Assembly: GCA_963806855.1 (NCBI GenBank)
Contig: CAWDYW010000001.1
Location: 160,001 to 224,000, forward strand
Direction of reading: 5' to 3'
From: an uncultured Verrucomicrobiae bacterium
Lineage (GTDB): Bacteria > Chlamydiota > Chlamydiia > Chlamydiales > Rhabdochlamydiaceae
Length of the DNA: 64,000 bases
The notes under the pieces were generated by a model. That model had not been told where the DNA came from and made no database searches. It saw only the letters and a program-made list of their open reading frames with translations. The translations under genes were made by a program, and so were the position numbers. This document shows positions 18,039-28,214 of this stretch, piece after piece (positions within the stretch are counted from its first letter, which is position 1; each line of letters opens with the position of its first letter).

Positions 18039-20495
18039 TCATTCTATGATGTTGACAGGTCCACCACCTATTATGGTGAATGTACCTGAGTTCACACCAG
18101 GTTCCACAAGGTTAAGCGTAAAAGGCGAGGAATTGGAGTTTTGAATGCCGTAGCCCGTACCATCACAGGAGTTACCATTCATGAAAAGAGTCATCGTCGA
18201 AGAGTCTCCGTTGCTGATATAGAAGCCATAGCCATTGCTATTGCCATTTCCGACCAGTGTGTTGTTTTCAAATGTTAAATTGCTTGAAGCTGGACCCCCT
18301 TGAGGCAAGAACAAGACACCTGCGGAGGTATTCGATTGGATCAGGTTGTCCTTGATGAGTGCTGTCACGCTTGCTCCGTTTTGTCCAGATCCGCTACCCC
18401 AAGCTAAATTAGGGGATATGACAATTCCGTTAGAACCATTACTATTAACCGTGTTGTTGCATAAGACAACGTTAGCCTTTGCAGAGTTAACGGCAGCTAC
18501 GTACATACCGATGCCGCCGGTGCCGCTGTTGACGGGATTATTAGAACAATTATTCTCACAGGCGGTGACATTGATGGTTGCCGAATCCTGAGCCTGGAAG
18601 ACCATCCCATAATCATTGCCTTGAGCAAGGTTGTTAAGGACTGTTGCATTGATCGTACTATTGCTGCCTGCATAAAGCCAATAGCCGCCAGCCGGATAAT
18701 AAGTATTATCTTCACTATTATTGTTCATGATGAGCAAATTGAGAATTGAATCTCCAGCTTGAGTGTTTTGACCGCTATCAAGATTCGTTTGAATCAAAAG
18801 AGGACCATTAAGACCGCCACCATCCCAATATTGGAGCGTGTTGTTTAAAATGCTGACATTTGCTGCGTAAGAGCCGGGACCTCCAGACAGTCCAATTTGT
18901 TCGATATAAATTCCATTTTGCCCGCCCGACATGTTGGGATTAGAATTGATGGTGTTGTTTTGAATAAGGACATCGCCCGTGACAGCTCTCAAATAGATAC
19001 CATACGCCCCTCCTGCAGCTAGGACGGATAAGTTACTGTTAGCGACTGTGATATTGTTAATCTGATAGAAATTGGAGGTGTTTGGAATCAGATTGGTAAT
19101 CACACTCTCATTACCTTGCAGTAAGTTGAACTGAAATCCAGAAATGACGGTATTGTTACCATTAACATAGAAGAGATTATCCGTATATCCCTGCGTAATG
19201 CTGGGCAGGCTTGAAGTAAAAGCCGGAATCGCGATATCAACAATTGTGGGTCCCACTTGCATGGGGACTGACTGCACAATTCCTGAGCCGAGCCAGTTCT
19301 GGTTCTCTTGTAAAACTATCTGCTGATCGACCACGGAACTCAAGGTAAAGTTTCCAGAAATATAAAGCACATCGTTGCTGCGAGACTGTGTCGATGCGTA
19401 GTAGATGTCGTTGTAGGGGTTTTCAAATGTCCCATTGCCATTCGTAGAAGCATTGGCATTGACAAAGATGAAATTGAGAGGTCCCCCGTAGATCGACTGA
19501 GCTATCGGATCGACTGTCCGGGTATAGCGCAGTTTTCTCTTGTCGGCGACGATAATCTCATTGCGCTGCATTGGCTGAACCATGCGGGATTCCATCACTA
19601 ACAGTTCATCGCACGATACATCAATTCGTTGCGTTTTCTTGTTCACGCGGCCGCCAAAGGGAATATTGATCGAGGCCTCTCCTTGGAAATTGTTGTGGAA
19701 GAGTTTGTCATAGGAGTCGCTGAGCTGTAGTGTCAGATAAGGAGTAATTCGCGCCTGAAGGCGCACCTTTCCGCCAAGGGCATGCCGTTTGTGTCCGCTC
19801 GGAGCATGGAAGTAATAGGGCCCAAGACCCAAATAGAGAGAGTAATTTTCTTGAGGCTCCATCAAGTAAAAACCGAGCTCGCCATCTATACCTTTCATGG
19901 CGAACTCCACTTTTTTGCGGAAATCGTATGTCGTCGAGAAAAAGAGGTTATGGCCCGCAAACTTCTCGAAATTGAAAGAGGCGACTTGCGAGGAAGTGCG
20001 CGAAGCAGTTTTATGGCCGAAAGGGAGGTAGCCATTCACTCTCAGTTCCCAGCATTTTTTGAGCAGCTCGAAGCTCAATCCCGCTTGGTTATAATGAGAC
20101 CAACGGGTTTGTCGAAAATCGTAATAAGCGCCGAGAGCTGTGACGAGCAGAGAGTCTGTCATCCACCTGATTCCGACGCCTGCATTCGCAGCAAATTTCC
20201 CATTATTGAAAACATGCCCCCGGATATCTAAAAAAGGAATCACATGAGAAAAACACGAATAAGGCGTAAGGAAAACCCCGATGGTCGAATACCCTTCCTT
20301 ATAACCGACACCTTTGCCTTCAATGTGCTTAAAGTAGACTGTATCGGAACGGACGCCAGGAGGGCATTCCTCAGTCTGATACTGTTCGCAGCATATGTCC
20401 GCGTCGGTCTGATTCTGTTCCGAGTATATGTCCGCATCGGTCATTGTATAGGCTAATGGACTGAATAGTAATGTCATTATTAGTTGTTTTTTCAT
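18039..20495 (-). CDS. Inverse-autotransporter-like outer-membrane protein (N-terminal beta-barrel, C-terminal right-handed beta-helix)
   Basis: Signal peptide; ANAGVGIRW...LGAYYDFR...WELRVNGYLP...GIDGELG barrel motifs; GNGTFENPY followed by Asn-rich IxNNTI repeats. Confidence 0.8.
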   Translation of the reverse strand: MKKQLIMTLLFSPLAYTMTDADIYSEQNQTDADICCEQYQTEECPPGVRSDTVYFKHIEGKGVGYKEGYSTIGVFLTPYSCFSHVIPFLDIRGHVFNNGKFAANAGVGIRWMTDSLLVTALGAYYDFRQTRWSHYNQAGLSFELLKKCWELRVNGYLPFGHKTASRTSSQVASFNFEKFAGHNLFFSTTYDFRKKVEFAMKGIDGELGFYLMEPQENYSLYLGLGPYYFHAPSGHKRHALGGKVRLQARITPYLTLQLSDSYDKLFHNNFQGEASINIPFGGRVNKKTQRIDVSCDELLVMESRMVQPMQRNEIIVADKRKLRYTRTVDPIAQSIYGGPLNFIFVNANASTNGNGTFENPYNDIYYASTQSRSNDVLYISGNFTLSSVVDQQIVLQENQNWLGSGIVQSVPMQVGPTIVDIAIPAFTSSLPSITQGYTDNLFYVNGNNTVISGFQFNLLQGNESVITNLIPNTSNFYQINNITVANSNLSVLAAGGAYGIYLRAVTGDVLIQNNTINSNPNMSGGQNGIYIEQIGLSGGPGSYAANVSILNNTLQYWDGGGLNGPLLIQTNLDSGQNTQAGDSILNLLIMNNNSEDNTYYPAGGYWLYAGSNSTINATVLNNLAQGNDYGMVFQAQDSATINVTACENNCSNNPVNSGTGGIGMYVAAVNSAKANVVLCNNTVNSNGSNGIVISPNLAWGSGSGQNGASVTALIKDNLIQSNTSAGVLFLPQGGPASSNLTFENNTLVGNGNSNGYGFYISNGDSSTMTLFMNGNSCDGTGYGIQNSNSSPFTLNLVEPGVNSGTFTIIGGGPVNIIE

Positions 20496-20685
20496 AGAGG
20501 TCTCCTGTGTATTTGTCTGGCTATAGGAACTGTAATATAGTAGTTTTATTTTTTTTTCATCAATGAAGAATTTTAAATTTTGTTGACCCGACCTTACAAT
20601 CCCAAGAACTTATTCTTGTTCAGATTGAATAGGATTTATGATTCAAGAATTGGCTAGTAAATAGGCAATGAACTAGAATGCAGAC

Positions 20686-21861
20686 ATGAGTCCATACGAA
20701 TCTATTCCCGAGTTGCCAGCGGATCCCATTTTTGGCCTTTCAGCGAGTTTTAAGGCCGATTCGCGCCCCAATAAATACACTTTTATTACCGGCTATTACA
20801 GGGGAGAAAATCTCCGCACTCCGATTTTGAAATGCATCGAAGAGGTGGAAAAGGGGCTGATTCCACAGAAGTTGTCAAAAGAATATTTACCTATCCATGG
20901 CGATCAAGAATTTATTGATGAGTTAGGGAAGGTGATCTTTGGCGAGGGGATGAAGGGCGATCGCATTTATGGCATTCAAACGGTCGGGGGCACAGGGGCG
21001 CTCTATCTGGCGGGGCGGCTTGCCAATTTGTGGACCCATCAGATCGCTATTTCGAATCCCACTTGGCCAAACCATTGGGGTATTTTTTCAGCTGCGGGGT
21101 TAAAAACGGAAGGCTATCCCTATTATGAAAAGAAACAATTGCAATTCAATTGGTGCATAGAAAAATTTCAGACCCTTCCAGAGGGAAGCTGTATTCTGCT
21201 CCATAATTGCTGTCATAATCCGACCGGATTGGACTTTAACAAGGAGCAATGGCTGCAAATTGCTGAGGTGATTGAAAAAAAACGGCTCTATCCGATTCTC
21301 GACATGGCCTATCAAGGTTTTTCTAAATCTCCCGAAGAGGATGCTTATCCGGCTCGCCTTTTTCTCTCTAAGGGATTCGAGTTTGCATTGACTTATACAT
21401 GTGCGAAGACGTTTTCCATGTATGGCGAAAGGGGCGGAGCGCTCTATGTAGTGGCTAATTCTCCCAAAACTCTGTCTGCAATAAGCAGTCAATTGAGTAA
21501 CATCGCCAGATGTACCTATTCCAATCCGCCGATGCATCCTGCACTTCTTGTCAAAGCAGTGCTCAAGACGCCCGAACTGCGCAAGAAGTGGTTAGATGAA
21601 CTCGATGAAATGCGCAAGCGGATGGTCAAAATTCGCAACGACTTTGTCACGCTGATTTCAAATAAAGATCCATCTGGAGGATGGGACGAAATAGGCAAAG
21701 GGCACGGCCTGTTTTGCTCCAGCGATTTAGCTCCGGAGGCGATTCAACGATTGCGTGACGAAAAGGCTCTTTATCTCGCCGCAGATGGGCGCATCAATTT
21801 GACTGGATTGAATCAAACGAATCTGGAACAATTTGTCGACGCTTTACTAGAAGTTAAATGA
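20686..21861 (+). CDS. aspC: Aspartate/aromatic amino acid aminotransferase (class I)
   Basis: ADPIFGL, QTVGGTGAL, HNCCHNPTG, DMAYQGF, AKTFSMYGERGG, DGRIN. Confidence 0.92.
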   Translation: MSPYESIPELPADPIFGLSASFKADSRPNKYTFITGYYRGENLRTPILKCIEEVEKGLIPQKLSKEYLPIHGDQEFIDELGKVIFGEGMKGDRIYGIQTVGGTGALYLAGRLANLWTHQIAISNPTWPNHWGIFSAAGLKTEGYPYYEKKQLQFNWCIEKFQTLPEGSCILLHNCCHNPTGLDFNKEQWLQIAEVIEKKRLYPILDMAYQGFSKSPEEDAYPARLFLSKGFEFALTYTCAKTFSMYGERGGALYVVANSPKTLSAISSQLSNIARCTYSNPPMHPALLVKAVLKTPELRKKWLDELDEMRKRMVKIRNDFVTLISNKDPSGGWDEIGKGHGLFCSSDLAPEAIQRLRDEKALYLAADGRINLTGLNQTNLEQFVDALLEVK

Positions 21862-22913
21862 TAAAGAATCGCTCCTTTTGGCTCCTCATTATTTTTCTAT
21901 TCTTGGTTCTCAGCTTGCCCCAAAAAAATGCGGGCAATCTGCGCACATGGATGGTCGCATTGGTTTCCCTTTCTGGATCGGGATCATTTCATGGAAGCGA
22001 AATTGAAAAACTCCACACTGAGAATCAGCTTCTCTATCAACAGTTAGAACGGCTCAAAAATTGGATTCTCGAGAATCAGCAGCTCGACAAAGAGAAAAAG
22101 GAGCTCATTCCTATTTTGTCTCAAGCGAGCGACCCTTTCTTTAGAAGGCGGGGCGAGTATTTGGCAAAGATGATCTATCGGCAGATGCATGCCCTTCCGG
22201 CGCGGATCGTTTTTCGAGATCCGAGTCCATGGAGCAGCAGTGTCTGGCTCAATGTGGGAGAGCGGGACAATCGGTCGCTTGGCTTCGATGTGGTCGCAAA
22301 AAATAGCCCTGTGGTGATCGGCAAGACGATCATCGGTGTCGTCGAAGAGGTGACTGAAAAAAGATGCCATGTTCGGCTGATTACAGATCGTTCGCTCTCA
22401 CCCTCAGTGCGCGCCGTGCGAGGCGGTGAGCAAAACCGGATTCTCTCTGAAAAGCTCCAAGGTGTGATCAAGATGCTTGCTCTTCGAGAAGATCTCTATG
22501 GCGCTGTCGATGTATCCCGCGCTTTGACTGGTTTCCGCGAGCAGCTCAATGAAGAGGCGAAAGAGCTCTATTTGGCAAAAGGGGAGCTCCACGGAACGGC
22601 TGCCCCGATCTGGAGAGTGCCGAAGAGGACGCTCAAAGGGGTCGGATTTAATTACGACTTTAGCGATGAAGAGGGGCCCGCTCGCAATCTGCGCACTGGA
22701 GCCTATGCAGGTGGGCAAGAGCCACTCATTAAAATCGGTGATCTCCTCGTCACAACCGGAGCCGATGGGATATTCCCGCCCGATTTTCATGTGGCGATTG
22801 TCTCTAAGATTCTCCCCTTGCACGAGGGGGGCTGCTCCTACGACTTAGAAGCCGAGATGCTCGCCCCCAATCTCAATAGCCTCTCGGAAGTGTTTGTGTT
22901 ACCGCCTCTCTGA
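21858..22913 (+). CDS. mreC: Rod shape-determining protein MreC
   Basis: N-terminal TM and coiled coil; ARIVFRDPSPWSSSVWLNVG, VRLITD, GDLLVTTGADGIFPPDFHVA. Confidence 0.85.
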   Translation: MIKNRSFWLLIIFLFLVLSLPQKNAGNLRTWMVALVSLSGSGSFHGSEIEKLHTENQLLYQQLERLKNWILENQQLDKEKKELIPILSQASDPFFRRRGEYLAKMIYRQMHALPARIVFRDPSPWSSSVWLNVGERDNRSLGFDVVAKNSPVVIGKTIIGVVEEVTEKRCHVRLITDRSLSPSVRAVRGGEQNRILSEKLQGVIKMLALREDLYGAVDVSRALTGFREQLNEEAKELYLAKGELHGTAAPIWRVPKRTLKGVGFNYDFSDEEGPARNLRTGAYAGGQEPLIKIGDLLVTTGADGIFPPDFHVAIVSKILPLHEGGCSYDLEAEMLAPNLNSLSEVFVLPPL

Positions 22914-23773
22914 CCAAAAGCTGCGGTATAGGTTTTTTCTCGTATGGCTGAGAGGTGTTCTTGTGCACTCTCAATAGAACCCATGAATGGCTCTCCACAT
23001 TCACATAGCTTCCCTCCCTGTTTTAGAAAGAACATCGGACGGTTATAGGTTAAAAAATCGTAACCGACTGAGGAAAAGTCGCCTAAGTAGACTGTCGATT
23101 TCTCTAATAGAGGGTAGACTGCGGGGAAATTGAGGATAAACCGGGCTTTCGATTCATATTTGCCGATGATCCGATGAAAGCGAGCAGGGTCATTCTCCTC
23201 GAGCAGAGGATGGAGTTTAATCAGCAGATTGTACTTGGCGGCCAAAGCGTCGATGATCCTACCTGTCGATTCGAAAAAAGAGGTTGATGTGGCGGTTGTT
23301 TCCCATGTAGGAGCATAGAGAACGGCTTTCTTCTCGGTGTTAAAAAATTCTTGGGCCAGTTGGTCAAAATGGGTTTTGTATTGGTGGTAGAACTCGTAGC
23401 GCAGATTTCCTAAATTTTTATAAGTGAGATGGATGTCTTGGTCCACCGGCATGTTCAACAGTTCTTCCTTATCGGAAAATCCATGGGGAACAAATACGAA
23501 GCGGAGCTCTTTCCGATAGAGCAATTTGAGCATCGGTTTGAGTTCCATTGCCCAAAACTTTCCACAGGTGACTATGGTTTCATAATGCAGCGCAATAAAC
23601 TCGAGGGTCAACTCTCCAAGTGGCACATGCCGAATATCGACCATTGGATAAAACTTTTTTCCAAGTTCAAAGTGGTCTTCATTTGTAACAATCAGGGGAA
23701 TTTCCCAAAGAGCGCAAAGCGGGGCGAGATGGTCAAGATGAGTCTCAGGCCCAGAACTTATGGCGACGATCAT
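22838..23773 (-). CDS. CDP-glycerol glycerophosphotransferase (TagB/TagF-like) family protein
   Basis: HLDHLAPL, PHG.SDK, VLYAPTW, IKLHP, GDFSSVGYDFL; paralogue of 31018..31938. Confidence 0.75.
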   Translation of the reverse strand: MIVAISSGPETHLDHLAPLCALWEIPLIVTNEDHFELGKKFYPMVDIRHVPLGELTLEFIALHYETIVTCGKFWAMELKPMLKLLYRKELRFVFVPHGFSDKEELLNMPVDQDIHLTYKNLGNLRYEFYHQYKTHFDQLAQEFFNTEKKAVLYAPTWETTATSTSFFESTGRIIDALAAKYNLLIKLHPLLEENDPARFHRIIGKYESKARFILNFPAVYPLLEKSTVYLGDFSSVGYDFLTYNRPMFFLKQGGKLCECGEPFMGSIESAQEHLSAIREKTYTAAFGQRGGNTNTSERLLRLGASISASKS

Positions 23774-24933
23774 AACTTTTGCAGGCTCTTCTCAAGCGCA
23801 TCTTTGTCAATTGTGACGATCTTGATTGCGCTATCGTTTTCACCACAGCTTAGATGCAGAAGTGTTTTCCCATCTTTCTTCTCTATTGCAAATCCGCAAG
23901 GAAAAATCACATATTTATCGGGCGAGGCTGTATTGAGGGCGGGGGTCTCATAGATTCCATCAAACAGAATCGGATTTGTCGAAACTCCTGTGATGCGGAA
24001 TGGGGGTTTTGCTTCAAAAGTATAAGCGCCCATCACATACCACCATGTTCCATCTTGTGCTTTAAATTTGCTGTGGAAGAAGGAGAGATATTCACCATCT
24101 ACTAAACGAGCGCCTGTTCCACCCAATGGAGTTCCCCATTTTTCGGACCACTTTTCGCACCAGAGATCGAGTTCTTGTGTCGGTTTAGGTTCAATCCATT
24201 CAGGCGTTTCTGCTGCAGTGACCTTTAAAATTTGGCGTGGTTCCAAGACTTGATATTCAAAGAGGACATTCTCAGAACCATCTTCATTGGTATAGATAAA
24301 GGGAGCCCAGTTTTTTTCCACTTTGCTCAAATGAAGATCGATTTTTTGAATATCGGTGGTTTCATGTTCATCAAGATTGACACGAGCAATATGCATCGCC
24401 CGAGAGTAGAATTTGGCGGGGACTAAATTGTTATAGACTAAGGAAAGATTGCCATTGTGCCACAAAGCCCTAGGATCTTCGCAAAATGGGCTCTTGGTAT
24501 CAATTGTGACAAATTCTTTATCGGTTTGATTAAAATTATTGTCTAATTCCACATAAGCAATGTGGGTGTGATAGAAATTCAAGTGCATCTGTTTAACGAT
24601 ATCGTAGCGAAAGAAAACCAGGTAGCCATCGCCATGTTCGATTATAGAGGGATTATAAGGAGCAAAGGCATTTCGGATATCTAGTTTTTTGACATTTAAA
24701 ACGATCACATTATTTGAAAAAGGAATTTTATCAAACTGCGGAGGAAATAGTTCTCTTTCCTCACCTAGAGCAGATTGAAATGGAATACCTTTTGCAATGT
24801 TTTCACATATCTTTAATCGCTTAGAGGTCTTCTTTTTATGAGATTGGAGTTTTAGATCGAAACATTTGTATTCGGCCACCGTGAGAGCAGTGAGTCCTAA
24901 AAGAATAACGAAGGCTAACTTTATCTTCTTCAT
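23770..24933 (-). CDS. Secreted beta-propeller glycoside hydrolase/glycosyltransferase-like protein (GH130/GH43 clan-like)
   Basis: YNPSI, EDPRA, EKNWAPF, VIFPCG, GENDS motifs; N-terminal TM/signal. Confidence 0.6.
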   Translation of the reverse strand: MKKIKLAFVILLGLTALTVAEYKCFDLKLQSHKKKTSKRLKICENIAKGIPFQSALGEERELFPPQFDKIPFSNNVIVLNVKKLDIRNAFAPYNPSIIEHGDGYLVFFRYDIVKQMHLNFYHTHIAYVELDNNFNQTDKEFVTIDTKSPFCEDPRALWHNGNLSLVYNNLVPAKFYSRAMHIARVNLDEHETTDIQKIDLHLSKVEKNWAPFIYTNEDGSENVLFEYQVLEPRQILKVTAAETPEWIEPKPTQELDLWCEKWSEKWGTPLGGTGARLVDGEYLSFFHSKFKAQDGTWWYVMGAYTFEAKPPFRITGVSTNPILFDGIYETPALNTASPDKYVIFPCGFAIEKKDGKTLLHLSCGENDSAIKIVTIDKDALEKSLQKL

Positions 24934-25053
24934 GGGCCCTTTTTTAAGTAAAGAGATTGTCTATTATTCATCTTTGGCCTCTTCATGTCAACCGTGCCAT
25001 TGATTTAAAACATTCATGGCTTAGAATAGGTACATCAAAAAATAAGGCGGTTT

Positions 25054-25898
25054 ATGTTAAGGATATTTTTTTGTTTGTTGTGTTTTTCAGCTCTTAATGC
25101 AAACTGGGAAGAGCTTGTAAGACCATGTGAAAATAAAGAGGGGAACCATTCAATTGCGGAGATCGACTTTATTTACATGGTAAATCTTAAGATTAGACCG
25201 CAAAAATGGGAAAAGTCTCGAAGCCAGCTCTTGCCATACGGGATTATTCCATACCGATTTGATGCGATTAATGGATGGGATTTAGATCCTGAGCATTTTA
25301 AGAATCTGGGATGCCCGGTTTGATGCCGGGAATGAGTGCGGGCATAAAAGGTTGTCTGCTGAGCTTTCTTTCTGTTTTTTCTGATGCTTATCATTCCGGA
25401 TATGAAACGGTATGGATCATGGAAGATGATATCGATGTGGTAGAAGATCCCAGGCAGCTTCCTGGATTAATTCGAGAATTAGATCAATTGGTACCTGATT
25501 GGGATATTCTCTATACTGATATCGATACAAAAGATTTTTATGGAAAACGGGTTCCCTCTCTAGCTATTTATCCTCGGCCAAATTTCCCTCCGCAACCTTT
25601 AGATTTTTATCTCCGAAAGATTCCAGTTAATGAAACATTTCAAGAGATTGGGATGCGATATGGATGTTATTCGATGATTGTCCGCAGGTCTGGGCTGAAA
25701 AAAATCTTGGAATATTTCACTACTTATCGATTATTTTTGCCCATAGACCTGGATCTATTATTTGTGCCGGGTTTAAAGCAAATATCTCTAACTAGAGATG
25801 TGGTGTCTACATTGCCTGGGATAAAGTCTGATACTAATTATCACTATCGCGCGAACGATTTGAGATATAATCGGCCAAGAGAACTCTCTCCATCGTAG
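25054..25898 (+). CDS. Glycosyltransferase family 25; apparent indel ~25315
   Basis: YMVNLKIRPQKW...RFDAING, then GIKGCLLS...IMEDDI in the next frame. Confidence 0.8.
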
Positions 25899-26482
25899 AA
25901 GCAATGCTCCAGAATAGAGCTTCCCTTAGGGTTGCTCTGCATGAAGTGCTCGAGTTCTTCGAGCAAAGCGAGCTCTTGGGGATGGTCGCCTAGCGCGCGG
26001 TAGAGGCTCGCGAGGCGGAAGAGGTTGAAGCCATAGAGGAGTGAGCTCTGGTCGAGGCTGTTGTTGAGGGCGAGGGAATGGTGCAGGGCCTCGTTGAGCT
26101 TGCCTTCGGAGATGAGCAGTGATACTTCGGCAAACGCGGTGTGCTCGGGGGTTTGCTTGAGGACTCGGTTGAAGACTCCTTCGGCGAAGGGCTTCGCTTT
26201 ATCCCCTTGGTTGCGGGCGATGAATTTGTCGGCGATGAGAGCTCCAAACTTGGTGTTTAAGTCGGGATGGGTCGAGAGCGCTTTTTCGAGCTGGTCAAAG
26301 TCTTTGCCGTGGAGCATCCACTTTTCAAATGCAAGGTTCGCACAGATGTAGTTGGTGGGCGTGGGCTTCTGAAACTTCTGAACGAGCTGAAAGGTGACGA
26401 AGATGATTGCGATTATAATTGCGACGCCATAGAAGAAATGACGTTGTTTTTCTTGCAACCAATCAATCCATAGATCTTTCAT
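25844..26482 (-). CDS. Hypothetical protein with N-terminal TM (chlamydial, TPR-like)
   Basis: 212-aa ORF, single TM then helical domain. Confidence 0.6.
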   Translation of the reverse strand: MKDLWIDWLQEKQRHFFYGVAIIIAIIFVTFQLVQKFQKPTPTNYICANLAFEKWMLHGKDFDQLEKALSTHPDLNTKFGALIADKFIARNQGDKAKPFAEGVFNRVLKQTPEHTAFAEVSLLISEGKLNEALHHSLALNNSLDQSSLLYGFNLFRLASLYRALGDHPQELALLEELEHFMQSNPKGSSILEHCFYDGESSLGRLYLKSFAR

Positions 26483-28214
26483 GCTCTAATTGTATTAGTT
26501 CTTTTTTTATTTGTACAGATTTTTTGCGTAAGGTGTTCTGGGAAATTAGGAGTGTACTGAGGACCATTGCGGCGCCGGCGAGGATTGGATGGATGAAGCC
26601 TAGGGCCGCAAGGGGGATGAGGATGAGGTGGTAGCTGTAGGCGAAGAGGAGGTTTTGGCTGATTTTCTGAAAGGCGGATTTGGAGAGTTGGATGGTCTCG
26701 ACTAGGTGGCTGAGGGGGATTTTTCCAAAGGCGATGTCGGCTGTGGAGAGGGCCTCAGGATTTTCGCCGACCATGGCGACGATTTTCCCTTCTCGCTTGG
26801 CCATTTCGACATACTTGGTTTGGTCTTGGGGTTGCAGCTCTGCATGGAAGGTATCGAAGTGGAGGGCGGTAGCGGTTCTTTCGGTTTGCCTTTTTTGATC
26901 GGAGGAGAGGAGCTCTGTCTGGATGTTGAGTTGTTTAAGGGCGAGGATGGCCTCCGCGCTGTCTGGTTGAATTTGATCGGAGAGGAGTAGATAGCCGATG
27001 CTCAGTTTTTCTGTTCCGAAGGCGACGAGGAGGCCGGTCTCTTCGTTGTACGGTTGTTGGAATTTGTCAATGGGGATCCGGTGCTGCTGGAAGTAGGCCA
27101 TGGACCCGAGAAAGTATTTTCGCTCGTCGAAGTAGCCGTTGACGCCTTGGCCGGGAGCGGTGCGGAAGACCATCATGGAGGAAATGGAGGGAGCTGCCTT
27201 TAGTTGGTCGAGGATCACTTTGGAGGCGGGATGGTCGGAGTGCTCGCAGAGTGTTTTGACGATGGGATAATAGCTCTGGGGGATGGTGTTCTTTTCGATG
27301 GTGAGGGCTTCTTCGCTGATGATGGCTTTTTTGTCGATGATCACTCGGTCGATTTTGCGGGCAGCTTCGATCGCTTTGGTCTCTTTGATGAAGATCCCTT
27401 TTTCAAAGGCTTTGTTGCAGGCAAGGGCGATGGGGAGGGATCGGGCAAGGGAGAATGCGCGAGGAGAGGCGATGAGGAGGACGGTGAGGGCATTTAGGAA
27501 ACCTTGGGCGGTGAAATGCCAACCGATCCAGGTGAAGAGGGAGATGCTGATGAAGAGGACGGTGGCCGTTTTCTGAAGGGATGGTTGAGGCGGCCGGTTG
27601 CTCTGTAGGATGTGGTTTAGGAAGGTCGCATGGCCCGGTTTGGTTGCCATGCCGATGAGGGTGCCATGGTGGTTCATGCTGCCGGCATAGATGGGGTGGC
27701 CGGTCTGTTTCTCGATGGCTTTATTGCCGCCAAAGAGCATCGACTCGTCGACGACGCTCTCCCCTTTTTCAATATGGCCGTCGGCGGGGATGAGTTCGTT
27801 GGGATTCACGATGAAGATGTCGCCGGTGCAAATTTCTGCGGCGGGAATTTTGAAGAGCTCTCCTTTTCGTTTGACTTGGGCAAATTGAGGTTGGAGGAGG
27901 GCGGTTCTTCGGCTTTTCGCTTGGCGTTGATAGCGGTTTTCTAGAATGCGGCTGAGCAAAAGGAGGGTGATCAGGAAGGCGCTCGTTTCGAAATAGATGC
28001 CCCGTGTGTGGTGGATGAAAACGAAGTAAAAGCTAAAGAGGTAAGTGCCGGTGATGCCGATGACGGGGAGGAGGTTTTTTTTCCAGTTGGAATAGAGCGG
28101 CCAGCCACAAAAAAATTGGGCGATTGTCGCGATGACTCCCTGGATGCCCAGCGGTAGGGGGAATAGCAGGGCGATTGAACACAGGACGGCGACTATGGCG
28201 CGACAATTTTGCAT
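26463..28214 (-). CDS. Degenerate heavy-metal (P1B) P-type ATPase homologue
   Basis: YFETSAFLIT, IPADG, VDESML, HP and GQGV are present; TGE, CPC, DKTGT and GDGxND are altered. Confidence 0.85.
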   Translation of the reverse strand: MQNCRAIVAVLCSIALLFPLPLGIQGVIATIAQFFCGWPLYSNWKKNLLPVIGITGTYLFSFYFVFIHHTRGIYFETSAFLITLLLLSRILENRYQRQAKSRRTALLQPQFAQVKRKGELFKIPAAEICTGDIFIVNPNELIPADGHIEKGESVVDESMLFGGNKAIEKQTGHPIYAGSMNHHGTLIGMATKPGHATFLNHILQSNRPPQPSLQKTATVLFISISLFTWIGWHFTAQGFLNALTVLLIASPRAFSLARSLPIALACNKAFEKGIFIKETKAIEAARKIDRVIIDKKAIISEEALTIEKNTIPQSYYPIVKTLCEHSDHPASKVILDQLKAAPSISSMMVFRTAPGQGVNGYFDERKYFLGSMAYFQQHRIPIDKFQQPYNEETGLLVAFGTEKLSIGYLLLSDQIQPDSAEAILALKQLNIQTELLSSDQKRQTERTATALHFDTFHAELQPQDQTKYVEMAKREGKIVAMVGENPEALSTADIAFGKIPLSHLVETIQLSKSAFQKISQNLLFAYSYHLILIPLAALGFIHPILAGAAMVLSTLLISQNTLRKKSVQIKKELIQLEHERSMD

